Shown: in pieces, positions 59,037 through 64,000 of the stretch
Layout of the letters: each line of letters begins with the position of its first letter
How positions within the stretch are numbered: position 1 is the stretch's first letter
Source of the DNA: a virus
Taxonomy: Duplodnaviria > Caudoviricetes
DNA: 64,000 nt
IMG/VR virus record: IMGVR_UViG_2848576382_000012
Location: 2,793 to 66,792 of that record
Strand: one strand, 5' to 3'
Made by a program: the position numbers and the translations under genes
The notes under the pieces: generated by a model
The model's input: only the letters and a program-made list of their open reading frames with translations
The model's database searches: none
Told to the model about the DNA's origin: nothing

Positions 59037-59948
59037 TTATATACTCTCCTTTTGACAGTGAGGACAGTGACAGGCCATAAGATGCACACATGGTTCACCG
59101 TTAGATTTTATAAACAAACCATGACAATCTGGACAGTTGTGATGTAAACATGGCTTATCATTTTGAAATTGAGCGGTATTTGATAAGGTGGAAATGCTCG
59201 GTGTATCGGGTTTAGCATACAGAGTGAGCTTGCTATCGGTATCTTCCGTTATAATCTTTCCTAACGGAATAAGTTCGTTGGGGGGAAGAGACTGCCCTTG
59301 TGTGTCCATTTGATAACAGGCGGCGTTAATCTGGCTTGCAAACTGCCAGTACACTGCGAGCTGTCGTGATAAACATTGAGCTTCCCAAAGAGCATCGTGC
59401 TCTGCACGATGTGCTGTGCCTGTATTGGGTGCCCGAATCGGGAAGATCATTTCAAAGGTACGTAGACACGCCCCGTTATAGAACAGCCACGGTAGTGGTT
59501 CCGAATCGTTATTCACTTCACGATATAAGACTTCCATAATCGGACAGTCAAACGCAGCCCCACGCCCCAGTAAATAAAGATTACGAATAGGGAAATGGAT
59601 TTCACCCCAGTTCATATGCGCACTGACGGTTTTTTTAATCCAGGTTGTCATTTCCTGCATGACATCAATAAGTATTGGGGTGTCAGATTCACACGCTTTT
59701 TTAAACCTGAAACGTACTTCGGCTTCTTGACTCATAAGCCACGCCAGTGTGCTAGGTGTCTGTTTAAATCCCCGTGCTACCATATCATGCACATTGACCA
59801 GTGACCCCCACGATCCCAGTATGAGTCCGTCACCCCGCACTAAGGCAAGACCAACCTCCCAAACTAAAGGTTTATCCCCCGCCAGATTAGATAATGTCTC
59901 AACATCGGCAATGAGAAATAACGTATCGCGTTTTATTTTTGGCTGCAC
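59037..59948 (-). CDS. DEDDh 3'-5' exonuclease with C-terminal Cys/His cluster
   Basis: DVETL, RGAAFD, HRAEHDA; CLHHNCPDC..PCVH..CHCPHC. Confidence 0.8.
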   Translation of the reverse strand: MQPKIKRDTLFLIADVETLSNLAGDKPLVWEVGLALVRGDGLILGSWGSLVNVHDMVARGFKQTPSTLAWLMSQEAEVRFRFKKACESDTPILIDVMQEMTTWIKKTVSAHMNWGEIHFPIRNLYLLGRGAAFDCPIMEVLYREVNNDSEPLPWLFYNGACLRTFEMIFPIRAPNTGTAHRAEHDALWEAQCLSRQLAVYWQFASQINAACYQMDTQGQSLPPNELIPLGKIITEDTDSKLTLYAKPDTPSISTLSNTAQFQNDKPCLHHNCPDCHGLFIKSNGEPCVHLMACHCPHCQKESI

Positions 59949-59967
59949 GGTTTATCCTTATTTTCGT

Positions 59968-62061
59968 TTAGTTGCATTCTTTCAAAAGAGCATCAGCATT
60001 CCTCTGATTAAAACCAGAGGCTATCCAGATAGCTTCATCATATTGATCACCATAGGTTGGGCCTGCGGTCAGCTCACAATCAATAGGTGTCCGTTGCGCC
60101 CAATCGGGGCGCTCTCTCATTCGGTATTGGATTTGTTCACAGCAATAGGAAAGATCTTCGTTTGGTAGAATAAAAATTAATTCATCGTGTACGGTTAAAC
60201 ACCAAAAAAGGCCGTCATTTCGCAGGTTCATCATCATTCCCTGTAGAATACGGGTAGAACTGCCTTGTGTGACATTATTCGCAATAATGCCGCGATAAAT
60301 CTTGCGGGTTTCCCGTTTCTCGGCGTCGGTATACAAAATGATGTCGCGGTTTAATTCATCTTTACCGGCGATCCGAAGATCGTCATAACGCAGTATCCAG
60401 CCATCCGGTAAAATTATCTTGTTTTTCATGGCAATATAGTTGTTTTCATAGCCAAAAGAATAGGTGCCACCATAAAGCATCACGTCTAAGGCATTTTGGC
60501 ACTGCGTCCAGAACTGAACGATATTTTTATAACGGTCACGATAAAGTAAAACAGCGTCATGGCAGAATTCTTTGGTGACATCTAAATCATAGGCTGTGCG
60601 TAGCCGTAAATAAAACGATTCGAACCATGACCCATATTGCAGAGAAAGAATTCCCTCTTTACCGACGTTACGCTCTTTCTTTCGGCCATTTATTTTTGAG
60701 ACTTCATAACCATATAACATCGTTGCAAAGTCAGAATAAGGATCTTCATTGCAGGCAAACTGTAACAGCAAATCGTCCTGTCCGGCATGGTCAGCCATCC
60801 GTCTGGCTTCAATCTGCGATAAGTCGCAGGTGACGACTGAATAGCCTTTCGGTGCCCGTAGGGATTTTCGCAGCGTCAGATCGCCGCCACGTTTGGGGAA
60901 GTTCTGAACATTAATATCCTGATAGCCGACCCAGCGTCCCGTTGTTGCACCAAACGCTTTCAGGGGAACCGGCATCTTTCCTCGATGTGCAATATCTAAT
61001 AGATTTTTGGCCCGTGTGATCCCAATCGTGGACTTCTCGCCCATACGGGCTTCACAGACCGCCTCAAGAAACGGATCGCCCGATGTTAACAGCGCCTTAA
61101 AGCCCATATCCGTTTTAGCAAATGCATACGTCTTTTTTGGTGTCCCGTCCGCATTCTTTGCGGTCTTACTGTCTTTCATAGGAACATCCACACCCAATTG
61201 CGTCAGTACCTCTGCAAATTGAGGGTTTGACGATAAGCGTTTACGAAACGTCTCAACATCTTGTGAAAATGCCTCAGAAATTTTTGCCAGTTTGTCTTCC
61301 TGTAACTGTATCAGGCGCGGGATATACTCACACAGTAACGCCTTATCCAAATCAAACTGACAGACACAACCGGCCCGTATCGTGTCGGACATGGTGACCA
61401 TATCCATTTCAGAGTAGTGCCAACGGAAAAGGCCGTAGAGTGGTGGCAAAAGATCCACATCTCGAAGACCATAATCCCCATACCGCTGTAATCCAGTGGC
61501 CGTAAAATGTTCCAGACGCATTCCCATCACCTGGTGAACTTCTTCTTTCTTATTCGGCAGGGAATACCGTTTTGCTAATTGGGCCAGACTGTTTGCCGCT
61601 TTTGCGCCATGTAATGGCCGCGCCATCGTCATGGTACAGGTAAACTCAAGGGGTTCTATTCCGTAGTAATCTGACAGAATAAAACCATCAAAGGGAAGGT
61701 TGTGTGCGATGACGTTACAGTTGTGTAACATGAGGGCATTCAGTTCTTTTCTTACGGCACCTTTATGGTTCGGTATCCAGTACCGTTCGCCCGTATCAGG
61801 AATAAGAAAGGAGCAAAGTATGACCTGAAAACGGGGATCACGAACATACTTTTCATAGGTCATGCCTTTTGCTGATAATGAATACTTATTGGCAGGATCA
61901 TAAAACGTTTCAAAATCCAGAAAGACTTTCGGAATACGATCAAAATCAGAGGTCAGAGCACGTGTTAGGTTGTGACGGGATTGCTGCTTTTCCTTATCGC
62001 TGAATATATCGTTTTGCAGAATTCCATAATCGTATGCGTATAACATTATGTTACATTCCAA
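59968..62061 (-). CDS. Family A DNA polymerase with 3'-5' exonuclease domain
   Basis: LDFET, AHN..FD; TTGRW, NVQNFP; motif A DLSQIEAR; motif B R..GK...L...YG; motif C TVHDE. Confidence 0.95.
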   Translation of the reverse strand: MECNIMLYAYDYGILQNDIFSDKEKQQSRHNLTRALTSDFDRIPKVFLDFETFYDPANKYSLSAKGMTYEKYVRDPRFQVILCSFLIPDTGERYWIPNHKGAVRKELNALMLHNCNVIAHNLPFDGFILSDYYGIEPLEFTCTMTMARPLHGAKAANSLAQLAKRYSLPNKKEEVHQVMGMRLEHFTATGLQRYGDYGLRDVDLLPPLYGLFRWHYSEMDMVTMSDTIRAGCVCQFDLDKALLCEYIPRLIQLQEDKLAKISEAFSQDVETFRKRLSSNPQFAEVLTQLGVDVPMKDSKTAKNADGTPKKTYAFAKTDMGFKALLTSGDPFLEAVCEARMGEKSTIGITRAKNLLDIAHRGKMPVPLKAFGATTGRWVGYQDINVQNFPKRGGDLTLRKSLRAPKGYSVVTCDLSQIEARRMADHAGQDDLLLQFACNEDPYSDFATMLYGYEVSKINGRKKERNVGKEGILSLQYGSWFESFYLRLRTAYDLDVTKEFCHDAVLLYRDRYKNIVQFWTQCQNALDVMLYGGTYSFGYENNYIAMKNKIILPDGWILRYDDLRIAGKDELNRDIILYTDAEKRETRKIYRGIIANNVTQGSSTRILQGMMMNLRNDGLFWCLTVHDELIFILPNEDLSYCCEQIQYRMRERPDWAQRTPIDCELTAGPTYGDQYDEAIWIASGFNQRNADALLKECN

Positions 62062-62378
62062 GTGATTAGTGGCCTGATAATCAGATAAATTAATCCGATA
62101 AGACAGAAAATCAGTACCCAGTCACCTGATTTTGACATAAAGGCCGGACTTATTGTGTCTTGACGTCGGTCATAAAGCTCTTTTAAACATTGCAAATGAT
62201 GCTCGGCCATTTGTAAATTATCTTTATCATAACGTGTTAGCGTCCCATCATCATGCTGTTCTATTTTTTCTTGTAAATCCGCAATGTAACGAACGAGTTG
62301 TTCTTCATTCAAATCCGCATCTGCATCATATGACCATCCCTGTTCTTCACAGGGGAGAGTGACATGCACGTATTTCAT
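62046..62378 (-). CDS. Hypothetical protein with C-terminal TM segment
   Basis: GAGGT RBS; hydrophobic tail. Confidence 0.6.
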   Translation of the reverse strand: MKYVHVTLPCEEQGWSYDADADLNEEQLVRYIADLQEKIEQHDDGTLTRYDKDNLQMAEHHLQCLKELYDRRQDTISPAFMSKSGDWVLIFCLIGLIYLIIRPLITWNVT

Positions 62379-62426
62379 TCAACCACCTCGATTTATTTCA
62401 TGACGGCTATGAAAAACACCATTGTG

Positions 62427-63551
62427 TTACCTCAGCTGCATTAAAATACGTTTTCCAATCCAACTCATTATGGGAACGGCCATTGCATTGCCGATGACAC
62501 GATAACGATGTCCATCAGGGCAATCCATCGCAGGCTTACCCTTCCACGGGATTTGCGTATGATTATCCGGCAAACCTTGCAAGCGTTCACATTCCAGAGG
62601 CGTTAAACGACGCACGGTATTGGGTGTGGTTATCAAATCCGTCGCATCTTTATAGTCCCTGGATTTCAGCGTCGAAGACATCTCGTCTTGTTTATACGCA
62701 CCAAAGGCCAGCATTCTGTATGTTGATATCAGGCCGCTCCCTCTTTGTGAAAAAATTTCTTGGTTGCTCATTCCTATACCGCCCACATTGTGGCTCTGGT
62801 TTAAGGTCGGATGCGGATAGGTGAAAGAGTCCCAGTGACTACCAATAGAGCTTCTTCCAACGCTTTGGGTAAGACTTTGTTGCGTCGTTTGGCTCGTGTC
62901 AAAATTCCCGCACACGCTGTAGGACTCAAAAAGTATTTCGGCGGGATCGACATCTCTTCTAGCACTTGCGACAACAAACACGCGACGACGACGTTGGGCG
63001 ACGCCGAAATATTGCGCGTCCAACACTCGCCAGGCGACAGTTCGTTGTGGGCCAGACACCAAACCCGCGTTCGTCCATTTTTTCCCTGACGGCTGTAGGG
63101 GGACGTTTTCTCCGGCAAGTCCACCAAGAAAGCATCCAAAAGCATTATCTTTGCTGGATAATACGCCGGGAACGTTTTCCCAGACAATGATAGCTGGGGA
63201 TTCGGTATTTGATGCTCTGACGCTATCAAGGACATTCGCTATCTCCACAAAGGATAAGGTTAATTGCCCCCGTTTATCAATGAGGCCGCTCCGCAATCCG
63301 GCAATACTGAATGCCTGACAGGGCGTACCACCGACAAGAATATCGGGTGCACTTATACTTTGATTCATGATCTTATCTGCCACACAGATCATATCACCAA
63401 GATTAGTTATATGCGGCCAACGATACTGTAATACAGCACTGGGAAAGGCATCTGTCTCGCTAAACCATGCGGGTATTATTCCTAATGACTCCCATGCAAC
63501 ACTCGTGGCCTCTATACCTGAACAAACCGAACCAAAGTGCATCATACTCAT
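62427..63551 (-). CDS. DNA (cytosine-5) methyltransferase
   Basis: SVCSGIEA (I), GGTPCQAFS (IV), ENVPG (VI), QRRRRVF (VIII), RRLTPLECERLQG (IX), GNAMAVP (X). Confidence 0.93.
   Translation of the reverse strand: MSMMHFGSVCSGIEATSVAWESLGIIPAWFSETDAFPSAVLQYRWPHITNLGDMICVADKIMNQSISAPDILVGGTPCQAFSIAGLRSGLIDKRGQLTLSFVEIANVLDSVRASNTESPAIIVWENVPGVLSSKDNAFGCFLGGLAGENVPLQPSGKKWTNAGLVSGPQRTVAWRVLDAQYFGVAQRRRRVFVVASARRDVDPAEILFESYSVCGNFDTSQTTQQSLTQSVGRSSIGSHWDSFTYPHPTLNQSHNVGGIGMSNQEIFSQRGSGLISTYRMLAFGAYKQDEMSSTLKSRDYKDATDLITTPNTVRRLTPLECERLQGLPDNHTQIPWKGKPAMDCPDGHRYRVIGNAMAVPIMSWIGKRILMQLR
62801..63235 (-). CDS. Nested alternative-frame ORF, candidate MTase beta-type subunit
   Basis: 144 codons open inside the MTase gene; GECWTRN...P......LSQVLE..IPPKYFLSPTACAGIL.RA.RR.K.LP. 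Confidence 0.6.
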   Translation of the reverse strand: MSLIASEHQIPNPQLSLSGKTFPAYYPAKIMLLDAFLVDLPEKTSPYSRQGKNGRTRVWCLAHNELSPGECWTRNISASPNVVVACLLSQVLEEMSIPPKYFLSPTACAGILTRAKRRNKVLPKALEEALLVVTGTLSPIRIRP

Positions 63552-63564
63552 AACGTGTTGTTTT

Positions 63565-63951
63565 TCATTTTCCAACTTTTGTATTAATCGTTAATATGAC
63601 TCCATTCGGTAACAGATATCGTGGCCCATCAAGCGTTCCGTTATGAATGGCAGCCAGCCACGTATGAAATACAGACAGGTTGGTTTCATTCACGACAGCG
63701 GCATAACCACCTGCATTGAGTGTCGAGAGTAATCGTCGGCATTGAAGTGCCGTAGGTTTATTTTTTCCTGCCTTGACTTCAACCGCTAAAAATGACCCTA
63801 GTCCGCCCTGCACATCAGGCACACAACATATTCTGTCTGCATGACCACTGCGACCAAAGCCGCCTGTCGTGGGTGTAAGAACATACGCACCCACATGCGC
63901 TAGTAAACTATCGACCTGTTCCTTAACTTTTGATTCGGGGGTACGTGCCAT
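63565..63951 (-). CDS. VRR-NUC domain nuclease (putative Holliday junction resolvase)
   Basis: TPESKVK, GFGRSGHAD, FLAVEVKAG.NKPTALQ, AGG.A.VVNE; GGAGGA RBS. Confidence 0.9.
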   Translation of the reverse strand: MARTPESKVKEQVDSLLAHVGAYVLTPTTGGFGRSGHADRICCVPDVQGGLGSFLAVEVKAGKNKPTALQCRRLLSTLNAGGYAAVVNETNLSVFHTWLAAIHNGTLDGPRYLLPNGVILTINTKVGK

Positions 63952-64000
63952 GATTCCTCCTGTGTTATACCAACCGGTGGCTTCCATAGCGCGTCATAAA

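Larger units (their letters stand above)
1..64000. mobile_element. Phage-plasmid (podovirus-like virion and replication genes plus plasmid replicon, partition, resolvase and TA modules); extends beyond the window
   Basis: Terminase, portal, capsid and tail operon and a PolA/primase operon co-occur with RepA, ParFG, resolvase and TA systems; no housekeeping genes or integrase seen. Confidence 0.88.

Overview
The window is most of a temperate phage-plasmid, probably circular and probably from an Enterobacterales host. It has five modules. (1) A minus-strand anti-defence and stability block (19-4775): ArdA, an ArdB/KlcA-family protein, two RelE/ParE toxin-antitoxin pairs and an HTH-pentapeptide-repeat protein. 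(2) An AT-rich cargo region (7.9-16 kb): an orphan hcp-DUF4225-membrane protein cassette between 65-bp direct repeats, an operon of four secreted Gly/Asn-rich (GGN)n proteins, a TP228-type parFG/parH partition system and a YadA-head fibre gene. (3) A podovirus-like morphogenesis operon (16.1-43.5 kb): terminase, portal, scaffold, major capsid, Cys-rich tail proteins, ejection proteins, a lytic transglycosylase and a 2305-aa internal virion protein. (4) A plasmid replicon (43.8-47.8 kb): PAS-LuxR solo, serine resolvase and an IncFII-superfamily RepA whose antisense RNA, 18-aa leader peptide and pseudoknot control can be read from the sequence. (5) A minus-strand phage replication operon (48.7-64 kb): primase-helicase, SSB-like protein, SNF2 helicase, nucleases, family A polymerase, a C5 methyltransferase with a nested alternative-frame ORF, and VRR-NUC. 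No integrase, lysis cassette, tRNA, rRNA or CRISPR array was recognised. All product calls come from motif recognition by eye, not database searches. The best candidates for undescribed biology are the secreted Gly-rich operon and the repeat-bounded cargo cassettes.
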